Shown here: positions 15,729 through 25,269 of the stretch, one piece after another
Layout of the letters: each line of letters begins with the position of its first letter
How positions within the stretch are numbered: the stretch's first letter is position 1
IMG/VR virus record: IMGVR_UViG_3300029932_000004
Direction: 5' to 3' (one strand)
Length of the DNA: 38,239 nt
DNA from: a virus
Notes under the pieces: model-generated
The model's input: only the letters and a program-made list of their open reading frames with translations
Database searches by the model: none
Told to the model about the DNA's origin: nothing
Translations under genes and position numbers: made by a program

Positions 15729-16621
15729 ACGAGAAGAGATTCGACGACATTCAACGCAAGACGCTATCCTTCGAGGTCAAGCAGGCTGAGATGATGGACG
15801 ATGGCCAGTTTGCTGGCGAGTTCGTCGGCTATGCTGCCGGGATCCTCAACATCGACTCGACTGGTGACATGATCCTGCCGGGCGCGTTCACGTCCGACAT
15901 CCCCCGCTTTCTCTCTGATGGTGTGGTCTGCTGGCAACACGACTGGATGACGCCCATTGGCATACCACTTGAGGCCAAAGAGGACGGATATGGTCTGCTG
16001 ACCCGTTCGCGGATCAGTCGCACGGCCAAAGGGCTTGATGCTATGACCCTGATTCGCGATGGTGTCGTCAAGCGTCTCTCCATCGGATATCAGGTGCTGG
16101 ATTATGATGTCGTCGACCGGGCCGGGCTAGCCAACACCATCGCCGCGTATGGGCTGCCAGTCGACAAGCAAATGCAGATCTTGGCAAAGTTTGACGACGA
16201 TGGGCGGGATGTTGTCTATCTGCTCAAAAAATTGAAATTATACGAGTATTCCCCGGTCACAGTACCGGCAAACGAAAAGGCAATCATTATGGACGCAAAA
16301 TCGCTGACTGGTTTGACGTTCGCTGAACACTCTCAGGCCGTGCTTACTGCGGTTGAGGGACTCGAAACACGCATCAAGGAGATATCCGAGCTGCGTAAAT
16401 CGCAAGGCAGAAAGGGATCTCCCACGCATGGAGCCATGTGTGCGGAGATGGCCGATGACCTCGAAAAGGCGTGTGGACGACTTCGCAAAATGGCCGATGA
16501 GCTTGGCAACAAGCCCAAGGACGACGGCGAAGAGGAAGAGCCGAACAAGCCAGAGATGGAGTATGGGGACAACGCCAAATCTCTCTATGCTGAATTTCTC
16601 AAACTGCAAGCAGGTATTTAG
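15725..16621 (+). CDS. Prohead protease (HK97/S78 type) with a scaffold-like acidic C-terminus
   Basis: The motifs FVGYAAGILNIDSTGDMILPGAF and CWQHDW..PIG match the HK97-family protease pattern. The gene sits between the portal and capsid genes. Confidence 0.8.
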   Translation: MNEKRFDDIQRKTLSFEVKQAEMMDDGQFAGEFVGYAAGILNIDSTGDMILPGAFTSDIPRFLSDGVVCWQHDWMTPIGIPLEAKEDGYGLLTRSRISRTAKGLDAMTLIRDGVVKRLSIGYQVLDYDVVDRAGLANTIAAYGLPVDKQMQILAKFDDDGRDVVYLLKKLKLYEYSPVTVPANEKAIIMDAKSLTGLTFAEHSQAVLTAVEGLETRIKEISELRKSQGRKGSPTHGAMCAEMADDLEKACGRLRKMADELGNKPKDDGEEEEPNKPEMEYGDNAKSLYAEFLKLQAGI

Positions 16622-16628
16622 GAGACCT

Positions 16629-17969
16629 ATGACCAAACTACAGGAAAAGATTCTTGAGTTGGACGGGCTGAAGGCAACGCAGAAAGCGGCGTTCGATGCT
16701 CATCCGGATGTTGCGACGATCCCGGCGGACAAGCTGACCGAGATCAAGTCGCGTAACGAAGAGATCGCTACCCTCCAGTCGGAGGTCAAGCAGCTCGAGG
16801 AGATCGAAGCGATGAAGGCATCAAGCGTGACCTACTCGCACAGCGGCGGAGTCTCGACGAAGGACAACGGCAACGTTGCTCCATCCATTGAGTTCAGCCG
16901 TGTGAGCCGGGTCAAGAATTTCAAGGGTACGGTCAACGGCAAGTCGGCTGACGAGCGTGCCTATCGGTTCGGCAAGTGGTTCAAGGGTGCAGTCGTTGGC
17001 GACACTGCCAGCAAGCAGTGGTGCGATCAGAACGGCATCCAGACCAAGGCACTGTCCGAGGGCACGAACTACCTCGGCGGATACCTGGTTCCACCAGAGT
17101 TCTCGACCGACATCATCGACCTCCGCGAGCAGTATGGTGTAGCCCGTCAGGTTTCGCGAGTCGTTGCGATGGCCAGTGACACCCTGACCATTCCTCGTCG
17201 TGTCGGTGGGCTGACTGCCTATTTCGTCGGTGAGGCGTCGGCAATCACGGCCAGCGACAAGACATGGGATCAGGTCAACCTGGTGGCCAAGAAGCTCGCG
17301 GCTCTGACCCTCTGGTCGTCCGAGCTGAATGAGGATTCGATGATCTCGATCGGCGACGACCTCGCGGGTGAGATTGCCTATGCGTTCAGCAACAAGGAAG
17401 ACGAGTGCTTCTTCAATGGAGATGGCACGTCAACCTACGGCGGCATCGTTGGTGTCCGCTCCAAGCTCCGCAATGTTGACAGCACGATCGCCAACATCAA
17501 GGGACTCCAGGTGGCCACGGGCAATGCCTACAGTGAGATCGTGCTCAGCGACTTCCACGGCGTCCTCGGTCGTCTCCCACTCTTCGCCCGTGCGGGCGCG
17601 GTGTGGGTGATGTCGGCCACGTTCTTCGACACGGTTGCTCACAAGCTGCAGACTGCGGCGGGGGGCAACACCGTTGTCGACATCGCCAATGGTGGAGTGC
17701 CACGCTTCCTCGGCTACCCGGTGACCCTCTCGCAGGTGATGCCGACCACCGAGGCCAACAGCCAGATCTGTGCGCTGCTCGGCAACTTCCGCCAGGGTTC
17801 AACCTTCGGCGATCGTCGGCTCCTCTCGCTGGCTCTCTCGAGTGAATACAAGTTCGCTGAGGATCAGCTGGCGATTCGCGGAACCGAGCGGTTCGACATC
17901 AACGTCCACGACGTCGGCAACACTACTGCTGCCGGTCCAATCGTCGGACTCATCACGGCGGCCGCCTAA
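16629..17969 (+). CDS. Major capsid protein, HK97 fold
   Basis: This is ORF-track frame 16353..17969. ATG 16629 follows TAGGAGACC. An N-terminal coiled-coil delta-like region is followed by LSEGTNYLGGYLVPPEFSTDIIDL, which is typical of HK97-family capsids. Confidence 0.88.
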   Translation: MTKLQEKILELDGLKATQKAAFDAHPDVATIPADKLTEIKSRNEEIATLQSEVKQLEEIEAMKASSVTYSHSGGVSTKDNGNVAPSIEFSRVSRVKNFKGTVNGKSADERAYRFGKWFKGAVVGDTASKQWCDQNGIQTKALSEGTNYLGGYLVPPEFSTDIIDLREQYGVARQVSRVVAMASDTLTIPRRVGGLTAYFVGEASAITASDKTWDQVNLVAKKLAALTLWSSELNEDSMISIGDDLAGEIAYAFSNKEDECFFNGDGTSTYGGIVGVRSKLRNVDSTIANIKGLQVATGNAYSEIVLSDFHGVLGRLPLFARAGAVWVMSATFFDTVAHKLQTAAGGNTVVDIANGGVPRFLGYPVTLSQVMPTTEANSQICALLGNFRQGSTFGDRRLLSLALSSEYKFAEDQLAIRGTERFDINVHDVGNTTAAGPIVGLITAAA

Positions 17970-17983
17970 TAGGAGGTGATCCA

Positions 17984-18424
17984 TTGAACAATCAGAAAAC
18001 ACTCAAATCAACTGTCATGCTGGTGCCAGCTACCGTCACACACGGAGCCACGGCAACGGCCAACCTCGACTGTCTCGGAGCTGGATCGGCAGAGATCATC
18101 GTGTCTCTCGGTGCTTTGGCCGGAGCTGGCACGGCTCCAAGTTCAATCAAGATCTACGAGTCGGATGACACCGTTGCCACCAACTTTGCAGAGATCACTG
18201 CTCTGTCAACTGGTGCGGCTGCGGTCGCTGCGTCAGAGTCGGTCAGATTTTTTGTGGACCGCTCAAACGGTACTCGCAAGCGGTATCTGCGGGTTGCGGT
18301 GACTGTTCCATCAGGCTCGACCAATTCCAACATCCCGGTTGCGGCTATCGGCTACCTTGACAGGCTGGCCGAGGACGCGAGCGGCACTTCCGAGTACGGC
18401 TCCAACGTCGTCAAGGAGGTCTAG
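17984..18424 (+). CDS. Hypothetical head-module protein (possible decoration protein)
   Basis: The TTG start follows AGGAGGTGAT. The protein is Ala/Gly/Thr-rich and beta-type. The call rests on position only. Confidence 0.4.
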   Translation: MNNQKTLKSTVMLVPATVTHGATATANLDCLGAGSAEIIVSLGALAGAGTAPSSIKIYESDDTVATNFAEITALSTGAAAVAASESVRFFVDRSNGTRKRYLRVAVTVPSGSTNSNIPVAAIGYLDRLAEDASGTSEYGSNVVKEV

Positions 18425-18427
18425 TCA

Positions 18428-19606
18428 ATGAAGCTGAATCTCGGTGGAGGCTTGCAAAAAATACCGGGTTTCACGACTCTCGATCGTCAGTCTGGTCAGG
18501 AAGTTTTCCCGCTTCCTGGCTATGCTGACGGATCAGTCGACGAGGTGAGGGCATCTCACATCCTCGAGCATTTCGGTCACCGTGAGGCGGTCGACGTGCT
18601 CAAGGAGTGGGTAAGAGTGCTCAAGCCCGGCGGGGTGCTGCGGATCGCAGTGCCAGACCTGAAGAAGATCATTGAAAAGGTTGATGACCCATCTGCACCC
18701 GTTGAGGGCTGGCTGATGGGCGGCCAGACGGATGACAACGATTACCACAAGGCAGTCTATACCGAGAGCAAGCTCCGGGATATGCTGCGATATGTTGGCC
18801 TGACTGAGATCACGACGTGGCAATCTGAGATCAATGATTGCGCGGCGTTGCCGATCAGTCTCAATCTGCAGGGCGTTAAGCGTACTGACGCAACCCAGCT
18901 CGAGGGCCGGATCGAGGTGTCCGCAAAGGTGGCCGCTCTGATGTCGGTACCTCGACTTGGTTGGAATGACACATGGGGCGCGGCGTGGACGGCGTTCAGG
19001 TCAAAAGATTTCAACATCCCGCTCTACAAACACGGCGGTGCATTTTGGGAACAGGGCGTGAGCCGTGGCCTAAAGATGCTTATCGACAATGGCATTGAGT
19101 GGGCCATCATCGTCGACTATGACACGCTATTCGATGCCGATGACGTCAAGGAGCTGCTGACCCTCGCGGCGCAGTATCCGGAAGCTGAGGCAATTGTCCC
19201 GGTTCAGGTGAGAAGGAACAACGAACAATTCCTTTTCACGATGAAGGATACCTTCGGCAATTCTCGAGGCTCTGCTGACGCGTCAGAGTTTGAGAGCGAC
19301 CTGACAGAGATCCATACCGGGCACTTCGGATTGACGTTAATCAAGCTGAAGGCTCTGGCCGATGTTCCGAAGCCGTGGTTGTGGTCTCAACCTGGTTCAT
19401 CCGGTGACTGGGACGACGAACGGCAGGATGCGGACATCTACTTCTGGGTCAATTGGAAAAAGGCTAGCAAGAAGATCTATCAGGCCAACCACATCAAGCT
19501 GGGCCATCTGCAACTGGTGGTGAGTTGGCCGACAAACGACTGGCAGATCAAACACCAGTATGTGAACGAATGGCAGGATCAGGGCAAGCCGGAGGAGTGC
19601 AAATGA
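18428..19606 (+). CDS. Class-I SAM methyltransferase domain fused to a GT-A-like glycosyltransferase domain
   Basis: The N-terminus (LNLGGG...VDEVRASHILEH...LKEWVRVLKPGGVLRIAVPDL) follows the Methyltransf_11-like pattern. The C-terminal ~230 aa carry a DxD-type IVDYD and HTGHFGLTLIK, and look like a nucleotide-sugar transferase. The C-terminal call is the weaker one. Confidence 0.6.
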   Translation: MKLNLGGGLQKIPGFTTLDRQSGQEVFPLPGYADGSVDEVRASHILEHFGHREAVDVLKEWVRVLKPGGVLRIAVPDLKKIIEKVDDPSAPVEGWLMGGQTDDNDYHKAVYTESKLRDMLRYVGLTEITTWQSEINDCAALPISLNLQGVKRTDATQLEGRIEVSAKVAALMSVPRLGWNDTWGAAWTAFRSKDFNIPLYKHGGAFWEQGVSRGLKMLIDNGIEWAIIVDYDTLFDADDVKELLTLAAQYPEAEAIVPVQVRRNNEQFLFTMKDTFGNSRGSADASEFESDLTEIHTGHFGLTLIKLKALADVPKPWLWSQPGSSGDWDDERQDADIYFWVNWKKASKKIYQANHIKLGHLQLVVSWPTNDWQIKHQYVNEWQDQGKPEECK

Positions 19607-19818
19607 AAATCAAACTGCTCAAACCATACGGAATGGCCAGTGCTGGCGATATCCTCAACCCTCCGCCGGGCGTGGCTCACCTGCTGATTCAGCGTGGTAT
19701 TGCAGAGATCTACAACGGCGACGAGGAGGGCAACCGTGGCGCGTGGAATAAGCGCATCGCATATCCACCAACCTCGCCAGTAGTCCAGAAGCAAGGGGGG
19801 CAACGTGTCCGCAAGTGA
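19603..19818 (+). CDS. Hypothetical protein
   Basis: This is ORF-track frame 19525..19818. ATG 19603 forms an ATGA overlap with the upstream stop. Confidence 0.5.
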   Translation: MKIKLLKPYGMASAGDILNPPPGVAHLLIQRGIAEIYNGDEEGNRGAWNKRIAYPPTSPVVQKQGGQRVRK

Positions 19819-20476
19819 TTATGTGACAATGGATCAGGTCAGGGCCTATGTCTACCAGTCGCAGGATGCCGACGAAGATCTCTTGATCAAGATCATTCCT
19901 CGAGCGGCGCGGATCTTTGACATGGCCTGTTCTCTGCCTGATGGATATTTCGCTGCAGGATTGACCGCACAGACGGCCAGTATTCGCTATTTCTGGGGAG
20001 ATGGTACGGACTATCTTAGGCTGGATCCGTACCTCTCCAGCACTGCGCCCGTCGTCACAATGCCGAGCGGCTTTGCCGAGCTTAACTGGATTGAGGTCAA
20101 TGCCAACAAGAATGCGAGACAGAACACGCCGGGTGAGTTCTACTTGGTGCGTCGGTATGGTGACGATTACTCGAGCTTTCAGGCACTCAACGAGCGGCGT
20201 GATTTTTTCTTTGCTGAGTTCAGCAACCAAGTTGATTACGTCGGCTGGCCTAACGGCATCCGGGTCGGAGTGACGGCCAAATGGGGATGGGACTCGACGC
20301 CTCAAGAGGTTCAAGAGGCTGTCCTCGAGACGGTGGCCAATGTCTGGCGGTCGAAGGATCAGGGATTCGCTCGAGCAGTGGCGGTTGATGGTATTGCAGT
20401 AATCAACCAGCCACTTCCACCGAGGGCGCAATTGATCGCTGATAGCTTCAAGGCAGGAAGGGCGATGTTCGCATGA
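19805..20476 (+). CDS. Head-tail connector (gp6-like) protein
   Basis: The N-terminus DYVTMDQVRAYVYQSQDADEDLLIKIIPRAARI follows the gp6-like connector pattern. The call also rests on position. Confidence 0.5.
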   Translation: MSASDYVTMDQVRAYVYQSQDADEDLLIKIIPRAARIFDMACSLPDGYFAAGLTAQTASIRYFWGDGTDYLRLDPYLSSTAPVVTMPSGFAELNWIEVNANKNARQNTPGEFYLVRRYGDDYSSFQALNERRDFFFAEFSNQVDYVGWPNGIRVGVTAKWGWDSTPQEVQEAVLETVANVWRSKDQGFARAVAVDGIAVINQPLPPRAQLIADSFKAGRAMFA

Positions 20477-20991
20477 AGTTTTCTGTAGAAATAGACGGAC
20501 GAGAGCGAACGACACGGGCCTTTCAAACGGTCAACGAAACGATCCGTGACTTTCGACCAGCTTGGCCAGAGATCCATATGTATTTCCTCCGGGCAAGCGT
20601 GGAACATTTCGAGAGTCAGGGTTCTCGAGGTGGCGCACGGTGGCAGCCGTTGAGCAGTGGCTATGCCAAATGGAAGGCCAAGAAATACCCGGGCAAGCCG
20701 ATCCTGTCGGCAACGGAGCGATTGAAACGGTCCTTTACTCTGGCCGGACAGAAAGGCGGCGATCAGGTCTATGAAGAGACACCGCTGAGCCTGACAATGG
20801 GCACGGCGGTTCCTTATGCAATCTTCCATCAGCGCGGAACGAAGAGGATGCCAGCAAGGCCAATCCTCCAGCCAACGCAGAGAGACATTGATCGAATAGT
20901 GTCCCGGCTCTATCGTTTCGTTGAACGTGGGGCGCGTGATGCCGGTTTCCAGACGACCAGCCGAGCAAGGCTGACCCCGGGGGCTAACTAA
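20473..20991 (+). CDS. Virion morphogenesis / head-closure-type protein
   Basis: The segment HFESQGSRGGARWQPLSSGYAKWKAKKYPGKPILSATERLKRSF resembles the phage virion-morphogenesis (gpG/HK97 gp10-like) pattern. Confidence 0.5.
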   Translation: MKFSVEIDGRERTTRAFQTVNETIRDFRPAWPEIHMYFLRASVEHFESQGSRGGARWQPLSSGYAKWKAKKYPGKPILSATERLKRSFTLAGQKGGDQVYEETPLSLTMGTAVPYAIFHQRGTKRMPARPILQPTQRDIDRIVSRLYRFVERGARDAGFQTTSRARLTPGAN

Positions 20992-21488
20992 TGGCATACA
21001 CGACAACCAGGTATCAGGCGCAGTGGGCATTGAGGTTGATTGACAACCTCCAGACATATATCGAGGCCTCAAGCGCAACGGCACTTGCGGAGATCGACGC
21101 AACCCTGGCCGACTTTACCGACTACCGAACACCGACGCCGATTGTGCTCAACTTCCCAGCTCTGTTCATCTCGACCAGCAATGAGCAGATGGAGCAGTCG
21201 GACGACGACTCGCATATCAGGGGCCGGGTTGAGTTTTACATCGACATTGCCATTGATGGAGTCGATGCCTACGCGCTGCAGCGGAAGATCCTGAAATATG
21301 TCATTGCGGTCGACCGCATAATTCGGACGATGAGCGTGTCCGATCTGATAGGCGGCGCAACGACGTCATATGTCAGTGAGCCTGTCTGGGAGGTGACCGA
21401 GCATCAGTTCGGGATACTCAGGCAAAACGACACAATTTACCGGATGGACGCACGTATTATTATGACCGTTCAAACTTTGGAGAGGTGA
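20991..21488 (+). CDS. Hypothetical neck/tail-completion protein
   Basis: The start forms a TAATG junction with the upstream gene. The call rests on position between the connector and tube genes. Confidence 0.4.
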   Translation: MAYTTTRYQAQWALRLIDNLQTYIEASSATALAEIDATLADFTDYRTPTPIVLNFPALFISTSNEQMEQSDDDSHIRGRVEFYIDIAIDGVDAYALQRKILKYVIAVDRIIRTMSVSDLIGGATTSYVSEPVWEVTEHQFGILRQNDTIYRMDARIIMTVQTLER

Positions 21489-21492
21489 GACG

Positions 21493-21690
21493 ATGAACTA
21501 TGTTGAAAAAGCCAAATCGATGACGCTTCCCCCGTTGCCGTGGACTCACGAGAAACTCGGCGAAGAGAAGTACTGTGAAATCGCCAAGGAGCTCGGATAT
21601 TTTGACCCGACGAAGGAGCGAGTTGATTATCGACCCGCTCTTGATCCAACTCCATTTCTATCACTGTTAAAGACCAACAAGGAGAAGTAA
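21493..21690 (+). CDS. Hypothetical protein
   Basis: This is a 65-aa ORF with GGAGAGG upstream. Confidence 0.45.
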   Translation: MNYVEKAKSMTLPPLPWTHEKLGEEKYCEIAKELGYFDPTKERVDYRPALDPTPFLSLLKTNKEK

Positions 21691-21693
21691 TCA

Positions 21694-22311
21694 ATGGCCG
21701 GAACCTCGAAAAACTACGATGCGAATGAGATCGTACTCGGGCCGTCGGATCTGTGGCTGAACGTCGCGGTTCCGTCTGCTGGCAATAGACTGACGCTGGA
21801 TGCCGATGGCACACCTGATGGCACAGCCAACCCGAATGCCGTTCACCTCGGTATGACCTCGGGCGGTGTGACGTTTGCGTATAAGCCCGAGATTCAGGAC
21901 TTCGGCTCTGATGAGCTGACCGCCCCGCACCTCTCACGCATTATCAGTGAGACGTGTACTCTGTCAGGTGAGTTTCTGCAGGTGTTCAACTGGGATCTGC
22001 TCGAGAAGATGACCGTGGGCGGAACAAAGGCCGTCAACACCAACACCTCGACCGGATATGAGGAGCTGAAGATCGGCGGACTGTCGACGATCTCAACTTA
22101 CTCTGTCGCATTGATTGGACCGGACATCAGCGGTACAAATCAATGGTGGGTGATCCAGTTGTATAAGACATTCAACAAGGCCGGGTTCAACTTCACGGTG
22201 ACCCGTAAGGACCAGTCGAAAGCGTCCTTCGAGTTCAATGGCCTTGCCATCACGTCACGTGCTGCTGGTGATCAGATCGCCAACTTCTGGCACCAGGGCG
22301 CGGCCAACTAA
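21694..22311 (+). CDS. Major tail (tube) protein
   Basis: AAGGAGAAG lies upstream. The protein is 205 aa, beta-rich, and sits immediately before the chaperone and tape-measure genes. Confidence 0.6.
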   Translation: MAGTSKNYDANEIVLGPSDLWLNVAVPSAGNRLTLDADGTPDGTANPNAVHLGMTSGGVTFAYKPEIQDFGSDELTAPHLSRIISETCTLSGEFLQVFNWDLLEKMTVGGTKAVNTNTSTGYEELKIGGLSTISTYSVALIGPDISGTNQWWVIQLYKTFNKAGFNFTVTRKDQSKASFEFNGLAITSRAAGDQIANFWHQGAAN

Positions 22312-22335
22312 ATCGGCAATCATTGAGGGGCTACA

Positions 22336-22851
22336 ATGAAAGCAGAGAGCTACAGACAGAAGCGGCAGGGGGTAGAGTTGACCGGCAAGATCACTCTACC
22401 CTCTGGCGCAGAGTTCGTCATGAGGCGTCCACCGCTTGATCTGTGGATGGCGGCAGGGCGCATACCACAGACGTTTCTACGGGCAATGCTCGAGGCACAG
22501 CAGGGCGGCAGTAATGCCAATGTCCAATTCTCGCCAGAAGAGACTATGGACGGTCTGGCATTCCTGACAGAAGCGGTCATTTATTCGTGTGTTGAACCGC
22601 GAGTAGCACTGACGAGCGATGATCCGGACGTGCTGAGACTGGATGAGCTGGATCCGGAGGACTTCAGATTCCTGACTGGCTGGGTACAGGCCGGATCTCC
22701 GGGAGTGCCAGTGAAAACTCAGAACGGGGAGGTCCAGCCCGAGAAGCTGGCCCGGTTTCGTCAAAAGCGACCGGGGGGAGGCTCTGCTGGCATTGGCAAT
22801 GACAGCGCAGAAGTTCTCGACCCGTCCGAGCAAGCTGCTGCAATTGGATGA
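22336..22851 (+). CDS. Tail assembly chaperone (gpG-like)
   Basis: The call rests on position before the tape-measure gene, an acidic protein, and an overlapping extension frame (next feature). Confidence 0.6.
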   Translation: MKAESYRQKRQGVELTGKITLPSGAEFVMRRPPLDLWMAAGRIPQTFLRAMLEAQQGGSNANVQFSPEETMDGLAFLTEAVIYSCVEPRVALTSDDPDVLRLDELDPEDFRFLTGWVQAGSPGVPVKTQNGEVQPEKLARFRQKRPGGGSAGIGNDSAEVLDPSEQAAAIG

Positions 22852-22972
22852 TCCCGGCGTAGCCTGGGATTTCGACAACTGTGCCGCCGTCAAACTCCAG
22901 CAATGGGAAGACGAACGACAAGCGGCGATGTGGGGTGGCGGAGAGAAACAGGTAATACTCGATGGCCCTTGA
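22799..22972 (+). CDS. Tail chaperone extension frame (gpT-like): probably made by a frameshift from 22336..22851 rather than as an independent gene
   Basis: The +1 frame is open from 22714 to TGA 22970..22972 and overlaps the chaperone 3' end. It has no SD before its only ATG (22799). A G6 run lies at 22773..22778. Confidence 0.4.
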   Translation: MTAQKFSTRPSKLLQLDDPGVAWDFDNCAAVKLQQWEDERQAAMWGGGEKQVILDGP

Positions 22973-25268
22973 TAGAGATCAAGTTGGATTGCTCTTCAAA
23001 GTCAACGCGGACACGACTGACGCCATTCAGTCGATGCAGCTATTTCGTGGCGTCGTTGAGGGCATGGCGGCGGAGACCTCGGAGCAGCTGACCCGGCTGG
23101 GCTCGCGCTTCTCTGCTGTCGGATCTCAGGTACAGAAGACTGGCCAGCAGTTTGCCAGTTCGTTCGGTGATACCGCACGAGGACAACTTGCCGGTTACGT
23201 CTCACAGTTTGGGTTGCTGGGTGATGCTGCGGCAAGCATGATCCCGAGCTTATCGGGTAGTGCGGCGGGATTGTTGGCAGTATCAGGTGCAGCGGTGGCG
23301 GCTGGTGCTGCATTAGTGGGCGCAGCAACTCACGCCATGGAATATACCGGTCAGATAGACGATCTTGCCAAGACTACCGGGATCACTACAGAGACCATTC
23401 AATCATTACGACTTGCGGCCACGTTATCAGGTCAATCTTTTGAGGAAGTGTCACAGACAGCGGTGATCTTCCAGAAGCGTATTGAAGAGGCCAAAGATGG
23501 CAATGCTGATTTGGCTGACACGTTTCAGCAGCTCGGCGTTGATCTTAATGGGCCTGTTGATCAGGCTTTTCGCAAGACCCTCGAGAGTCTGGGCCGAGTA
23601 GAAGACGGATCCACTAAAACAGCAACGACGTTGGACTTGTTCGGTCGATCCGGGGCAAAGCTGCTACCAGTCATGGGTGAGGTTGGAGGATCGTTTGACG
23701 ATCTGACAGCGAGAGCTCGAGAGCTTGGCATTGTGATTGATCAGGAAACAATCGCCAAGACGAATGAGCTGGCCGACAAGTGGGATATTCTAAAGCTCCA
23801 GCTATCCAGCATTACCGTTGATATCGGCATTGGTGTCATTGGCTTTTTCTCAGACTTGGCCAAGTCTATTGAGTTGGCCGGTCGAGCTGTTCGAGCATTG
23901 ATTGTCGACACAAGCAAGTTGAAGCTGCTGCCTCAGCTGATTAAGGAATTTGTCTCAGGATATAACGAGGCAGGTGTGATCGGTGGAGGATTGAGGGTAA
24001 CGACCATGCTGGGTCAGCTTGGATTGTTGCCTGATATGGGCGGTGAGACTGGTTTTCAGGGTCCAGGTATTGACGAGAATACTGGTCTACCATTGCGGAC
24101 TTTACGAGGGGGAGGTAAGACGGGCAAAGGCGGGAAGTCGGCCACAGGAGCGGCACGACAGGAAGAGTCCTTCCAGTCACGATTGCGACGTGAGCAACTG
24201 GACGAGGAGCGGCGGCTGATCGCTGAGTCCGCACGACTCCGGCTCGAGGCAATGCAGGACGAGGAAGACAAAGTCATTGCCGCAATGCAGCGGATTGAGG
24301 ACGAGAAACTACGCGTCCGTCTGCAGATGGCGCAACAGACCGAGGACTTTGTTGCACAGCGGATCTTGGGCCTGAAGCTCCAGAACCTCGAGACTGAAGG
24401 CACCATAACCAACCGCAAGCTGCTTGACCTCCAGAACGAACGAGCCGCACAAGAAGAGGCGTATGACGCCGAGCGGCTCGAGAATGTCCGCAAGTTTGAG
24501 GAAGCCAAGAGAGCAGAAGCGGAAAAGACCTACCAGAACGAGCTACGCCTCAACCAGGCATTGAACGCAATGTTCGAGGAAGGCAAGCGGCAACGGATGG
24601 AGTCGTTGGCAAAGGATCCGTCCAGCCCGTTGTCAATTTTCGGCCCGGAAGGACAGAAGGCAGCGGATCAGGGCAAGGGTATATTCGAGCAACTTGGGGC
24701 AAGTGCAACATCAGCGATCAGCACAGTGTCACAGCAAATCGGCAATTTTTCGACGATAATGGTTGACGCTTTTGGAGCGGTGGCCAATGGACTGCAAAAC
24801 ATTATCACGAATTTTATTATGACTGGTCGCATAGGTGGGCAGGCATTCAAGGCGTTGGCGGCACAAGTAATTGCAGCAGTTACAGCACAGGCAGCCATCA
24901 AAGCAATCTTTGAAATTGCTGAAGGATTCGCGGCCAATGCAGTTGGCAACTTTTATTCAGCGTCTCAGCATTTTACCGCAGCCAAATTCTACGGCACGGT
25001 GGCAGGGATAGGCGCAGCGGCTGCTGTTGGACTTGCAGCCATCGGTGGCGGTGGTGGCGGTCAGGGAGATACCATGTTCCTCGGACAGGATCGGCGGTCA
25101 GGATCGGCAACCATCGAGCAGGGCTATCGTCGACGAGGTGAGCCGCAGGTGATCATCATCCGGGCGGAAACGGAACCGGGAGTGATGGTCAGTAAATTTG
25201 TTCAGGATTATCGATCAAATGGTGAGGCGCGTTCAGCCCTTCGCCGGGACATTTTAGGAGAATTTTGA
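22962..25268 (+). CDS. Tape measure protein
   Basis: The protein is 768 aa with long coiled-coil stretches (EERRLIAESARLRLEAMQDEEDK...), hydrophobic Gly/Ala-rich segments, and the expected position. Confidence 0.88.
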   Translation: MALDRDQVGLLFKVNADTTDAIQSMQLFRGVVEGMAAETSEQLTRLGSRFSAVGSQVQKTGQQFASSFGDTARGQLAGYVSQFGLLGDAAASMIPSLSGSAAGLLAVSGAAVAAGAALVGAATHAMEYTGQIDDLAKTTGITTETIQSLRLAATLSGQSFEEVSQTAVIFQKRIEEAKDGNADLADTFQQLGVDLNGPVDQAFRKTLESLGRVEDGSTKTATTLDLFGRSGAKLLPVMGEVGGSFDDLTARARELGIVIDQETIAKTNELADKWDILKLQLSSITVDIGIGVIGFFSDLAKSIELAGRAVRALIVDTSKLKLLPQLIKEFVSGYNEAGVIGGGLRVTTMLGQLGLLPDMGGETGFQGPGIDENTGLPLRTLRGGGKTGKGGKSATGAARQEESFQSRLRREQLDEERRLIAESARLRLEAMQDEEDKVIAAMQRIEDEKLRVRLQMAQQTEDFVAQRILGLKLQNLETEGTITNRKLLDLQNERAAQEEAYDAERLENVRKFEEAKRAEAEKTYQNELRLNQALNAMFEEGKRQRMESLAKDPSSPLSIFGPEGQKAADQGKGIFEQLGASATSAISTVSQQIGNFSTIMVDAFGAVANGLQNIITNFIMTGRIGGQAFKALAAQVIAAVTAQAAIKAIFEIAEGFAANAVGNFYSASQHFTAAKFYGTVAGIGAAAAVGLAAIGGGGGGQGDTMFLGQDRRSGSATIEQGYRRRGEPQVIIIRAETEPGVMVSKFVQDYRSNGEARSALRRDILGEF

Positions 25269-25269
25269 T

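Noticed and set aside
16353-16628. An N-terminal 92-codon extension of the capsid ORF (the track start at 16353)
   Set aside because: The extension lies wholly inside the protease gene in another frame. ATG 16629 has a TAGGAGACC SD 1-2 nt after the protease stop.
19655-21102. Long minus-strand ORFs (19655..20515, 286 aa; 20359..21102, 247 aa) antisense to the connector/morphogenesis genes
   Set aside because: Their translations are Arg/Ser/Cys/Pro-rich and low-complexity. They have no SD and overlap well-supported, translationally coupled plus-strand genes. These are typical shadow ORFs of GC-rich coding sequence. The same reasoning applies to 12651..13226, 24056..24508, 22477..22893 and 16238..16636.
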